From the NCBI GenBank assembly GCA_047834405.1, contig CP181263.1, positions 1,494,618 through 1,558,617 of the forward strand: a DNA stretch of 64,000 nucleotides. Direction: 5' to 3'. A model generated the notes under the pieces. That model did no database searches and was not told the DNA's origin. It saw nothing but the letters and a program-made list of their open reading frames with translations. Every line of letters begins with the position of its first letter. The first letter of the stretch is position 1. A program made the translations under genes and the position numbers. Below are positions 18,974 to 28,170 of the stretch, one piece after another. This DNA is from Eubacteriales bacterium. Its GTDB lineage: Bacteria > Bacillota > Clostridia > Oscillospirales > Acutalibacteraceae.

Positions 18974-19507
18974 TTATGAATCCGGGTAACGCTTTTCAAG
19001 AAGGGAAAGAAAAGCCTTCATATACTCCGGCAAATCCTGCGGCCGGCGGCTGGAAACGATATTGCCGTCCACGACGACGGGCTTGTCCAGCCACTTTGCT
19101 CCCGCGTTTTCCATATCGTCTTTAATACCCGGCGTGCTTGTGACGTTCTTTCCATTCAGTATTTTTGCGGAAATCAGAACCCAGCCTGCGTGGCAAATCT
19201 GGCCGATTGGTTTATTTCCCCGGTCCATTGCGCGAACCATTTCGATCACTTCCGGAAAACGCCGGAGCCTGTCCGGAGCCCAGCCGCCCGGGACAAGAAG
19301 TGCGTCGTAATCCTCGATGGCGATGTCGCCAAACGCATAATCGGAAGTGGCGGGCACGCCGTATTTTCCGATGTATTTTTCACCGGCTTTTTCTCCAATC
19401 AGATGAACGGTTACACCTTCTTCCCGAAGCCTTAGAACGGGGTACCATAATTCCAAATCCTCAAAGTCGTTTGCAATGAAACAGGCCGCTTTTAATCCTT
19501 TTCTCAT
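18974..19507 (-). CDS. PfpI/DJ-1 family protein (type 1 glutamine amidotransferase-like)
   Basis: Motifs DFEDLE, LVPGG.APD.LR, ICHAG nucleophile elbow and VVVDGNIVSSR.P.DL. Confidence 0.9.
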   Translation of the reverse strand: MRKGLKAACFIANDFEDLELWYPVLRLREEGVTVHLIGEKAGEKYIGKYGVPATSDYAFGDIAIEDYDALLVPGGWAPDRLRRFPEVIEMVRAMDRGNKPIGQICHAGWVLISAKILNGKNVTSTPGIKDDMENAGAKWLDKPVVVDGNIVSSRRPQDLPEYMKAFLSLLEKRYPDS

Positions 19508-19947
19508 AAATAATCCTCCCTTCACTTGCTTTTATATCTGATTTGAATTTTTTCCTAAATTTTATATAATTATTATATCATAATTCCAGGATATGGTCTT
19601 CTCTTTTCACAAATGTTTTTTAATTTTTATGCTTTTTATAGTATTTTTGCTGTTGCGGGAGGAAATCATGCCTGTGTAAAAATAGAGGCGCGAAGGGTAC
19701 CTATGCAAAGGAAGTACCTTGTCTTCCAAAATAAGGCTGCATAAATCGGGAATTTTATAATAAATTCCGAAAAAATACAAAGTAATAAAAAAATTTCAAA
19801 AAAAACTTGCATTTTACTGCTGAATGTAGTAGAATATATCTCGCTGACACGTTAGCCCCCATTACGATATAGGTATTGACGGGATGAACGGAATACAATA
19901 TATGGTATGACAAAACCATAAAGTCATTATAGTAGCCAATATTTTGA

Positions 19948-20021
19948 TGCGGAATTGTGTAAGGGTAGCACGACAGACTCTGACTCTGTTTGTGAGGGTT
20001 CGAATCCTTCTTCCGCAGCCA
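19948..20021 (+). tRNA. tRNA-Gln(CTG)
   Basis: Cloverleaf: TGCGGAA/TTCCGCA acceptor, ACAGA-CTCTGAC-TCTGT anticodon arm, GGTTCGAATCC, encoded CCA. Confidence 0.95.
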
Positions 20022-20046
20022 TGGCCCCAAACGGGGCCGAATTTTT

Positions 20047-20123
<77 letters not shown>

Positions 20124-20131
20124 GACGAAAA

Positions 20132-20176
20132 CCCGCATGAATACTGGATTTCCGGTGATTCATGCGGGACTTTTTT
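20132..20176 (+). terminator. tRNA operon terminator
   Basis: CCCGCATGAAT/ATTCATGCGGG then T6. Confidence 0.75.
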
Positions 20177-20342
20177 ATGCCTTTTCAGCCCGTAAAAGCC
20201 ATTAAAAAGCACTAAAAAACATAAATGATGTGGCACTCATGCGGCACTTAAACCCACGCACTCTACGAATGTCCTGTATATCTCCGGCCTGCACCTTTAT
20301 AATTGGTATGAACCAGACTTTATGACGATGGAGGGACTATAG

Positions 20343-20368
20343 AAAAGGCTCTGACCGAAGCCAGAGCC
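20343..20368 (-). terminator. Terminator of the Cys-rich peptide gene
   Basis: Minus strand GGCTCTG...CAGAGCC-TTTT, 11 nt after the stop codon. Confidence 0.75.
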
Positions 20369-20379
20369 CGAAATATTAT

Positions 20380-20628
20380 TTATTGAATATGTCCACACTC
20401 GCATATTGCACGGCTTGTATGATTTCTACTTGTTGGGCATCTGTAGTAATAAGCTGTGTAATAGCAGCCACTATGGTTGCACATGCCTACATTAGCTACT
20501 TTCGATAGATTTGCACCACAAGTATCGCAGGCGTATATATTTTGGTATGCAAAAGCTGAAACACAACAACCAACCGCTAAAGTTAAGCAAGCAAATAACG
20601 CAACAATTTTTTTCTAGAGCTTTTTCAT
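20380..20628 (-). CDS. Small secreted cysteine-rich protein (82 aa), absent from ORF track
   Basis: Hand-translated as MKKALEKIVALFACLTLAVGCCVSAFA-YQNIYACDTCGANLSKVANVGMCNHSGCYYTAYYYRCPTSRNHTSRAICECGHIQ. Has RBS AAAGGA, promoter TTTACT-N17-TAATAT (20721-20749) and its own terminator. Confidence 0.85.
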
Positions 20629-20870
20629 ACAAATACATCCTTTCAAATTAAAAAGTTGAGTATGGGCTTAAAAAGGAAATGTGCATCGGAATCATTCCTT
20701 TCTGAAATTATTCTGCTGATATATTATCACATAAGAACTAAAAAGTAAACCTTTTTTATTCGAATATATACATATTAACGGATTGACGAAAAAATCGGCT
20801 CAAGCTGTAAAGCAAGAGCCGAAAATCTGGAAATGATACTATCAGGGTTAATCTTTTGGTCTGTGTCTTT

Positions 20871-22710
20871 CTAAAAGACTCGTACGAATGCGGTGTTATT
20901 GTCTATACTTAATTGGTCAGTGTCATAATATTGAGCGATATTTGACATTAACTCAATGTCGCAGACGCCGTTTTTAATCCCACTCCAATAATTGCCCATA
21001 ATACTCATGGAACCACTAGATACAAAGATGCCGGTCTGCGTTCCTTCAATGTGGTTGTTATTTACGTTCCCAACTGCTCCCGAGCTGATCCCGATTCCTT
21101 GTGAAAGCGAATGGATATGGTTGTTTTCGACGACAATACCGACCTTGGTACCCAGTAAAATTCCGCGATTGACGGCGCCGGAATTCGTAAGGCCGTAAAT
21201 CTGGTTATTGCGCAACGTAACGTTATCGCCCGCAACTTCAATCAATGCGCCCAGATAGTCTTTATCGCTTGTGACGTTGAGGTTTTGTATGGTGACATTA
21301 CTGCCTGAAATGAACAGGGGGGTTACCGACTCTTTTATTTGCACCAGCCTGTTCCCCGGTTCACCGGAAAGAGTAATGCCGTTTTTGTTGACTACAATAT
21401 TTTCAGAGATTGGGTATTCGCCGGCCAGAATGTGAACGGTGCCGCCCGGATTCACAGCGGAGATGCCGTCCGGAATCGTACCAAAAGGCTTTGTGAGACT
21501 GCCGTTTCCACCCGTTGCACCCGCCTGAACAAAAATATTATCGAGATCCACTTCCGTTTGCACCATTGTTACCTCATAATCCAGCATATCCTGTAGGTCC
21601 GGCATAGTGACATAACCAAGGGTAGGCCGATTACGGAGTAATCCAGCAAGCACATCATTCTGTAAAGACGGAATGAGCATATTGAATTTGGTCAAATTTA
21701 ATCCAAGTGACGGATCGTTAATGGCAGTCTGCATTTCGGCGGAAGTCTGCGCGGCATTAACATCTGCCAATGTCGGATCCGGCTCAACAATCGGTCCGAC
21801 TTTTGAAAGGAATATCGAAGCACTTACACACTTTTTTGCTCCGCCCGCCGCATTGCTGAGGGTGACGGGATAGCCCGTGCAATTGCGCAGGCTGATGATG
21901 TCTCCAGCCGCGGCGTTGATTGTCGTTGTGCCGTAGTTCGCGCCGGAAGCAGTTCCCTAGAGGCTGCTTAGCAGCACGGCTTCATTCTGGTACAGGGCAA
22001 ACTGATTCGGCGTTTGACCGAAAACAGAAAACCAGACCGAATACAGGCCCTCTTTTGTTATGGTGACCTGCCCGGAACCAACCAAATGAGTGATTTCACT
22101 CATCGGGCCGTTGTGATCCAGCGGGACGGAATTGTCTGCCGCTACCGTCTGATTCCCAGTATTATAAAATCATCCCATAAGGGGAAGCGGTTGGAATCGG
22201 CGTACTAGAATAGGTCAGAATCAGCCTTGGAAAATACGGTTCATAGACGATTTTGTTCGTGCCGAACTGAACGATAGAGATGCCGTCGGAATTTGTTAGC
22301 GCAATACCGTTGTTGGCATAAGTGCCGCCAAGCCAGCCGTTGACGAGCTCCGTGATGTCGATTTGAATGGAAGTATATAAATCGGATTCTGAAATGTCGT
22401 AGTGGGAATCTGTCGCCGTATAAGCGGGGCAGCTATAATAGGTGACCGAATTTATATTGAAAGCATCATCGACCCGGTTGACTACAACCTGGCTGAGATT
22501 TGCACCGCTCTTGACAACTACGGTAAGCTGAAGCATTGCGCTTACAACCCTTGAATCCGGCAGGGAAGGCAGAACCATCTGCATCAGACCAATGCAGGTC
22601 CCAAAGTTGGGGTCGGTTCCCGTATAGAGCAGTGGGTAATAGGACAAGTTCGTATCTGGCTGCGCGGAGGACACAAAAGTAGTGTCCGGAAATAAAGTTA
22701 TGGATGGCAT
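20871..22710 (-). pseudogene. DNRLRE + BclA-C-terminal-like + parallel beta-helix surface protein, disrupted
   Basis: One reading path runs from MPSITLFPDTTFVSS (22710) through an extra A at 22166-22169 and an in-frame TAG at 21957-21959 into ORF 20871-21770 (beta-helix repeats). Confidence 0.75.
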
Positions 22711-22730
22711 AATTTTCACTCCTCTGTCCC

Positions 22731-22758
22731 CATAATATGCCTTTGGGGTGGGAGTTGT
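22731..22758 (-). promoter_or_regulatory. Candidate mother-cell sigK promoter
   Basis: ACA-N16-CATATTAT about 20 nt upstream of the ATG at 22710. Confidence 0.45.
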
Positions 22759-22992
22759 TTCGATATTTAAAATTTCAATATTAAAATAGTTTCTGTGCCC
22801 CACTCTTTCAGAATCCCATCTGTTATGCGCGAGATGCGCGGAGCAATACGTTTGCCGGGGCGAGCAGGCTATACAGATAATTTGTGATTCGGAAATATCT
22901 TTTGCGTTTTCGTGTTATAGCGGAATAATCATTAAGTGATGTATAACATGTGGTAAAATAATGAAAAATGATTTTGAAATGAGGTAGGGGAA

Positions 22993-23478
22993 ATGATGGA
23001 TAACGGATTTATTACATTTACCATTGGGAAACAGAAAAACATCGCGTTAATCGCCCATGATGGGAAAAAGCGCGAACTAATCGAATGGTGTGCGGAAAAC
23101 CAGGATATCCTCAGAAACCATTTCTTATGCGGCACCGGAACAACAGCGAGGCTGATTGCGGAAAAAACCGGACTTCCCGTAAAGGGTTATAACAGCGGCC
23201 CTTTGGGCGGCGACCAGCAAATCGGGGCCAAGATTGTAGAAGGTGTAATCAATTTCATCATATTTTTTTCCGACCCATTGGAGGCACAGCCGCATGATCC
23301 GGATGTAAAGGCGTTGTTAAGGATTGCACAGGTTTATGATATTCCTATTGCGAATAATAAGGCGACTGCCGATTTTATGATCCGTTCTCCGCTAATGAAT
23401 CAGGAATATGAGCATAAGGTCATTAATTTCAAACAGAAAATTATTGACCGTGTGAACGATAGCCAACTGATTAAATAG
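22993..23478 (+). CDS. mgsA: Methylglyoxal synthase
   Basis: Motifs IALIAHDGKK, GTGTT, SGPLGGDQQIG and PHDPDVKALLR. Confidence 0.95.
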   Translation: MMDNGFITFTIGKQKNIALIAHDGKKRELIEWCAENQDILRNHFLCGTGTTARLIAEKTGLPVKGYNSGPLGGDQQIGAKIVEGVINFIIFFSDPLEAQPHDPDVKALLRIAQVYDIPIANNKATADFMIRSPLMNQEYEHKVINFKQKIIDRVNDSQLIK

Positions 23479-23496
23479 AAAAGTAGGGGATATATT

Positions 23497-23727
23497 ATGA
23501 TTTCTGTAAAAATTCGAATCGATAGTGTGGATAAAGTAAAAAAATTCTCCTCCATTATCACGAAGGAGAATCTGGACTGTGAACTCGTCGAAGGAGTTTA
23601 TATTCTTGATGCTAAGTCTATTATGGGAATTTTCAGCCTGGATTTAACAAAGCCGATTCAACTCAATATTCACTCCGACGACAAGAAAATCCTGAACAAA
23701 TTGCAAGACTTCATTATCGATGAATGA
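23497..23727 (+). CDS. HPr-family protein lacking the His15 motif (Crh-like)
   Basis: Keeps the Ser46 motif LDAKSIMGIFSL. No N-terminal HARP motif. Confidence 0.8.
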   Translation: MISVKIRIDSVDKVKKFSSIITKENLDCELVEGVYILDAKSIMGIFSLDLTKPIQLNIHSDDKKILNKLQDFIIDE

Positions 23728-23972
23728 TACGCCGTCCGCGCTGGCGCAGGGAATACGGTACGCTTGAATTTTATTCCCAATTGAAAATCGGCTGGTTTGG
23801 ATCCGGGCATTGCGCAGGATATTTGCATTTGCTTCCTGCGGTTATGGGAATTCAAGCAGGCGTTTCAAAGGATTGCTTGCCCAGGAATCCTTTTCCTATG
23901 ATTTTAATCAGGTTTTCTCCATACTGTTCCATTCCCCTGCCGCCGGAGCAAGCGGCAGGGGAATGTTGTGGA

Positions 23973-25500
23973 TTAGTGAAGATTATTATAGGCCGCGGAG
24001 AGCAGCGTGTAATTTCGATCGAAGCTCAGTTCCCAAGCGGCCACGCCTTTCAGGCCGTGCGAAGCGGAATACCGTGCCTTCAAGGCAATTGAGGAAGCAT
24101 CGTCGTAGCTTATAAACGTACTGCTGCCGAACAGGGTGGGAACCTTTGCTGCGGACGAAAAACTCGACAGCAGTCCCTTTGACAGATAATTGGCAACAAT
24201 TGAATCATAACCGATTGCTTTTGCGTTTGTGAACCGGGAATAAAGCCCGTTGTTTTCTGCGCTTACTCCGTTATATATATAACCGTAGAACGGCAAGCCC
24301 ATGACAAGCTTCTTTGCGGGGAAGCCCGCGTTCTGCAGAAACCACGCTGATTTTATACTGCGGGGAGGAATCCGTTGGGGGATAAAGCGGTGCGTTCAGG
24401 TCAGTATAGGTATCCCACGGCCCGTGCATATCGTAAGTCATATCGACCGCGTAATCGACACAGCTTGCCAGCTGCGAAAGCTGTACATTGCGGGTATAAT
24501 TGTCCGAGGAACCGCCCGCAAAGGTCAGGTAATAGTATTTGCCGTCGGCGGCTGCCTGGGCGCTCAGCGCGGAGCGCAGGGCCCGCATAAGCAGGGTGAA
24601 ATTTGTTTTATCCTCAGCCCGGCCGGCAGCGCCGCCGCTCACCGGATATTCCCAATCAATATCCACTCCGTCGAAACCGTACTGCTTAATAAAGGCTGCA
24701 CAGCTTTTTGCAAAGGCTTTGCGCCTCGCATCGGTAAGGGAGGCATCCGAAAACCGGGCGGAACCGTTCCACCCGCCAATGGTGATAAGGGCTTTCAGAT
24801 GGGGGTATTTCTTTTTAAGAGCGGTGAGCTTTTTGAAATTGGCGTAGTCAACCGAAGGGTCATTCACCGCGATTTCCAAATTTGCGCCAATGTCTGCAAA
24901 AGCGTAGTGTACGACATTTATCATGGAAGCCTTGATTTTATCGGGCGTAAAGCCGCTGTGTGCCGACCAGTTCGCGTAATAACCCGCCGTTATTTTTGAC
25001 GGCAGCGCCGAAGCCGGCAATTTTGCCGCCGGTTTTGAGGAAACAGCGGATGACCTCGATGAGCTTGCGGTGCCGCTCGACGTTGGTGCGGAGGAACCGG
25101 ATGAGGAGGAAGAGCCGGCTGCAGAAGAACTGGGAAAGGAGCTCGACGGGCTGCTCACCGTGTGAATGTTTTCTAGGTATGCCCCGTAAACCCAGCCTGT
25201 TCCGTTGTTGAATGTAATTTTATGCCATCCTTGGTAGCTGTTTATTATGTATGCGGTGACTCCTTGCGGAAGGGAGCCGATAACCCGGGATGTTTCGGTA
25301 TAGGTTTCGTGAACATACAGCGGGTTTGCCGTAACGGTACCTGCGCGGATTGTTTCGCTCGTCTTGGTGGATGTTCCGCTTTTCACCGCTGCACCTTTGG
25401 CAAGCTGTGAACCGGAAGTGATACTTACCATCAACACAAAGATGAGTAAGGCGGAACAAGCCTTTTTCCATTTTAGCACTACTGAATACCTCTCTGTCAT
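23973..25500 (-). pseudogene. Secreted SH3b + Ser-rich linker + GH18 glycosyl hydrolase, frameshifted near 24335-24350
   Basis: ORF 24271-25521 has a signal peptide, SH3b (WHKITFNNGTGWVYGAYL) and GH18 motif FDGVDIDWEYP. The C-terminus LQNAGFPAKKLVMGLPFYG...GVAAWELSFD is in another frame (23973-24302). Confidence 0.82.
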
Positions 25501-26076
25501 CAGAATTCCATCTATTTCCAAAGCTTAGGTTGCTTGGCTTAGCGTTTTCCTAGTTATTATAAAAGATTTGCATCGCCGGAAACAATGAATAAATAATGGA
25601 AACCCGGAAGGCCAGGGAGTGAGGGTGTTGTATTGCCCTGTATGTTCCGATGTGGAGTTATGGTGGTTGATGCGGAGATTTTGCTATAAGATAGAGTTTT
25701 ATTCATAGGTTCATACGTTTTCTTCGTTAAAGGTTGGAGGTGAATCCGGCCTTTATTTTTTATAATTTGAAAACTACCGGATATACCGAAGATGATGCCG
25801 GAAGTTAAAGAGCTTTAGCGGTGAGAAAAATGAACAAATTGGCAGGGAGGGGGCAAGGGGTGAGCAGGATTGTTGCAAGCGAATGTTCATACGGCATGAT
25901 GAGTGAAGTGGTTATATTGCCAGCGGTTTTAACGGTACTCACAGCGACAGGAATATGACTGGGAAATTTGAATATTTTGAATTATAAAAAGAATAAGGCC
26001 GTCTGTTTCATCGAATTACATTCGGATTTCGTGTTATTTAACAAAAAATATTGTTTTTATTTATGCTTTATAAGTG

Positions 26077-26141
26077 TTGACTACAATGAAAATCAGAGTA
26101 TAATGAACTTGTAACTGGTTATGACGACATGATGTCATGAC
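26077..26141 (+). promoter_or_regulatory. sigA promoter and twin palindromes (candidate GntR operator)
   Basis: TTGACT-N16-TATAAT, then GTTATGAC-N8-GTCATGAC just upstream of the RBS. Confidence 0.65.
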
Positions 26142-26157
26142 GATAGGAGGAGCGCTT

Positions 26158-26886
26158 ATGGACCAAATTATGCTTCCAAAATATTATATTTTGAAGCAAA
26201 AGTTGATTGAAAAGATTGATCAGGAAGAGTTTAAAGCAAACGAGATGATTCCAAGCGAACGGGAATTAATCCAGCAGTACGATGTAAGCCGCATCACCGT
26301 TCGCAAAGCAATCGATGAGCTGGTGAATGAAGGATACCTGTACAAGGTGCAGGGCAAAGGAACGTTTGTGAAGTCGGATGCGTATAGCCAGGACTTAATT
26401 TCGATTACAAGCTGTACGCAGGATGTTATCAATCTGGGGATGACACCCAGCAGGAAAGTCATTTCGGCCTCTGTTCTTGAAGCGGATAACAAAAGATGCC
26501 GCAATTTGGAACTTGGAAAAAACGAAAAGGTATTCCGGCTGGAAAGGGTTTACTATGCGGACAGCGAACCCATCAACCATACCGTAACCTATCTTCCCTA
26601 TAAGCTGTTCCCCGGCATTGAGAAGTTCGATTTTTCAAAAGAATCCCTGTATAAAGTACTGGAAGAAAAGTATGATATTAAAATCACGAAAGCGAAGCGG
26701 TCTGTCGAAGCCATTCTGGCGAAAGACAAGATTGCCGAATATCTGGATGTGGAACCCGGAAAGCCCATTCTTCTGTTTGGCTGTATTACGTATGGCATTT
26801 CAAACGGAAAAGAAATCCCGATTGAAAATTTTAAATGCTGCTATCGCAGCGACAAATTTAAATTTTATATCAATCAGGTAAAGTGA
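26158..26886 (+). CDS. GntR (HutC/UTRA) transcriptional regulator
   Basis: Motifs IPSERELIQQYDVSRITVRKAIDELV and GKGTFV, plus a UTRA domain. Confidence 0.92.
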   Translation: MDQIMLPKYYILKQKLIEKIDQEEFKANEMIPSERELIQQYDVSRITVRKAIDELVNEGYLYKVQGKGTFVKSDAYSQDLISITSCTQDVINLGMTPSRKVISASVLEADNKRCRNLELGKNEKVFRLERVYYADSEPINHTVTYLPYKLFPGIEKFDFSKESLYKVLEEKYDIKITKAKRSVEAILAKDKIAEYLDVEPGKPILLFGCITYGISNGKEIPIENFKCCYRSDKFKFYINQVK

Positions 26887-26938
26887 GCCCCTTTCATATG
26901 TCCCCCTATTTTTTTATTTAAATAAAAGGAGAATCGCA

Positions 26939-28141
26939 ATGAAAAGAACATTGAAAAAGGTCTTATGTTTTGCAATGGCGGCAATAATGGGCCTGTCGGC
27001 TCTGGCCGGCTGCGGCAACAAAACGGCTGCTTCAAGCGGCGCGGCTTCCACTCCCGCAAAAAGCGACAAGAAAATCGCAATTGTCTGCGATGCCGCGGGA
27101 CAGAACGATAACGGCTACAATCAGGCCGCTGTAAACGGCGCAAAGGAAGCGGCGGAGAAGTTCGGCGTTCAGTACAAGGTAGTGGAACCCACTAACGGTG
27201 TTCCTGCAGCCCTGGAAGCGTTGGCGGATGACGGCTACGATGTAATCTTCAGCCTAGAATACGATTTCGACGCTTTAATCAAAGGCGTGGGCGGCGCAAA
27301 ACCGATCGCGGAAAGCTATCCGGATACCACATTTGTTGTATTCAACGATAATCCGAATGTGACTTCGAGCGGTGATGTAAAATACAAAAATGTTATTTCC
27401 GTTATGTTCGACGTTCACGAAGCCTCTTTCCTTGCAGGCAGCTTAAGCGTACTGGTCAATGAAAATGCCAAAACACTCTTCGCAGACGGATACAAGTTTA
27501 AGGACCCGGCCAGCGGCGGCCGTGCAATCGGCTTTATCGGCGGCACAAACTCCAACGGTATTACCGTATTCTCCTATGGCTATATCCAGGGCATCAACTA
27601 TATGGCCAAAGAACTCGGTGTAAAGTATGACTACTATGCAAAATACGATGCGGGCTTTACGGATTCCGCGCTCGGCAGCACAGTAGCGGGCACGTACTAT
27701 GATAAGGGCGCCAACATCGTTTACGGCGTGGCCGGCGGCGTCGGCGAAGGAATCACCTCCAAAGCAAAGGAAGTAGGCAGACTGGCAATTCAGGTCGATG
27801 CGAACAAAGACAATCAGCAGCCCGGTTACGTCCTTACAAGTGTTCTGAAAAATACCAACGTTCCGGTTGTGACGATCTGCACCGCGTTGGTTGAAAACAA
27901 ACTTTCTTCCATGGAGAACTTACAGTCTTATTCCCTGTCTTCGGGCGCCACCGGCATTACGGATTTGTCCGAAATCAGCAAGCATATCGCTTCCACCGAC
28001 GCGGCAAAAGCCAAGTGGGACGAAATCAAAGCAAAGATTGCCGAGATTGAAACCAAGATTGGTTCGGAGATCAAAGTTGTCAACGCACAGGCCGGCGAGA
28101 AGTTGGACGCGTCCGCCTGCCCGAATGTGAACATAAAATAA
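26939..28141 (+). CDS. BMP family ABC substrate-binding lipoprotein (nucleoside-type)
   Basis: Lipobox LAGC and motifs DNGYNQAA, HEASFLAG, GFIGG and AIQVDANK. Confidence 0.88.
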   Translation: MKRTLKKVLCFAMAAIMGLSALAGCGNKTAASSGAASTPAKSDKKIAIVCDAAGQNDNGYNQAAVNGAKEAAEKFGVQYKVVEPTNGVPAALEALADDGYDVIFSLEYDFDALIKGVGGAKPIAESYPDTTFVVFNDNPNVTSSGDVKYKNVISVMFDVHEASFLAGSLSVLVNENAKTLFADGYKFKDPASGGRAIGFIGGTNSNGITVFSYGYIQGINYMAKELGVKYDYYAKYDAGFTDSALGSTVAGTYYDKGANIVYGVAGGVGEGITSKAKEVGRLAIQVDANKDNQQPGYVLTSVLKNTNVPVVTICTALVENKLSSMENLQSYSLSSGATGITDLSEISKHIASTDAAKAKWDEIKAKIAEIETKIGSEIKVVNAQAGEKLDASACPNVNIK

Positions 28142-28170
28142 CGAAAACGATGCAAGGGGCGTAGATTGAA

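Noticed and set aside
19655-19775. AGAGGCGCGA start resembling a lysine riboswitch, and a GGGAGG-led mini-ORF ATG CCT GTG TAA
   Set aside because: The region is far too short for the L-box fold, has no downstream lysine gene, and a 3-codon ORF has no other support.
20124-22990. Prophage or ICE at tRNA-Pro
   Set aside because: No integrase, phage or conjugation genes and no second copy of the tRNA 3' end were found, so it is reported only as an islet.
23724-24115. ORFs 23724-24092 and 23810-24115 after the HPr-like gene
   Set aside because: They overlap the GH18 3' end and a hairpin-rich spacer, and have no protein-like features.
25515-25575. GCAAA...ACGCTAAGC...CCTAAG on the minus strand upstream of the GH18 gene, vaguely like a c-di-GMP-I riboswitch
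   Set aside because: It lacks the GNRA tetraloop/receptor and a convincing P2 stem. The TATAAT inside is more simply a promoter. A cmsearch would settle it.
25830-25958. 42-codon plus-strand ORF in the GH18-gntR spacer
   Set aside because: Weak RBS, no motif, and a length expected by chance.
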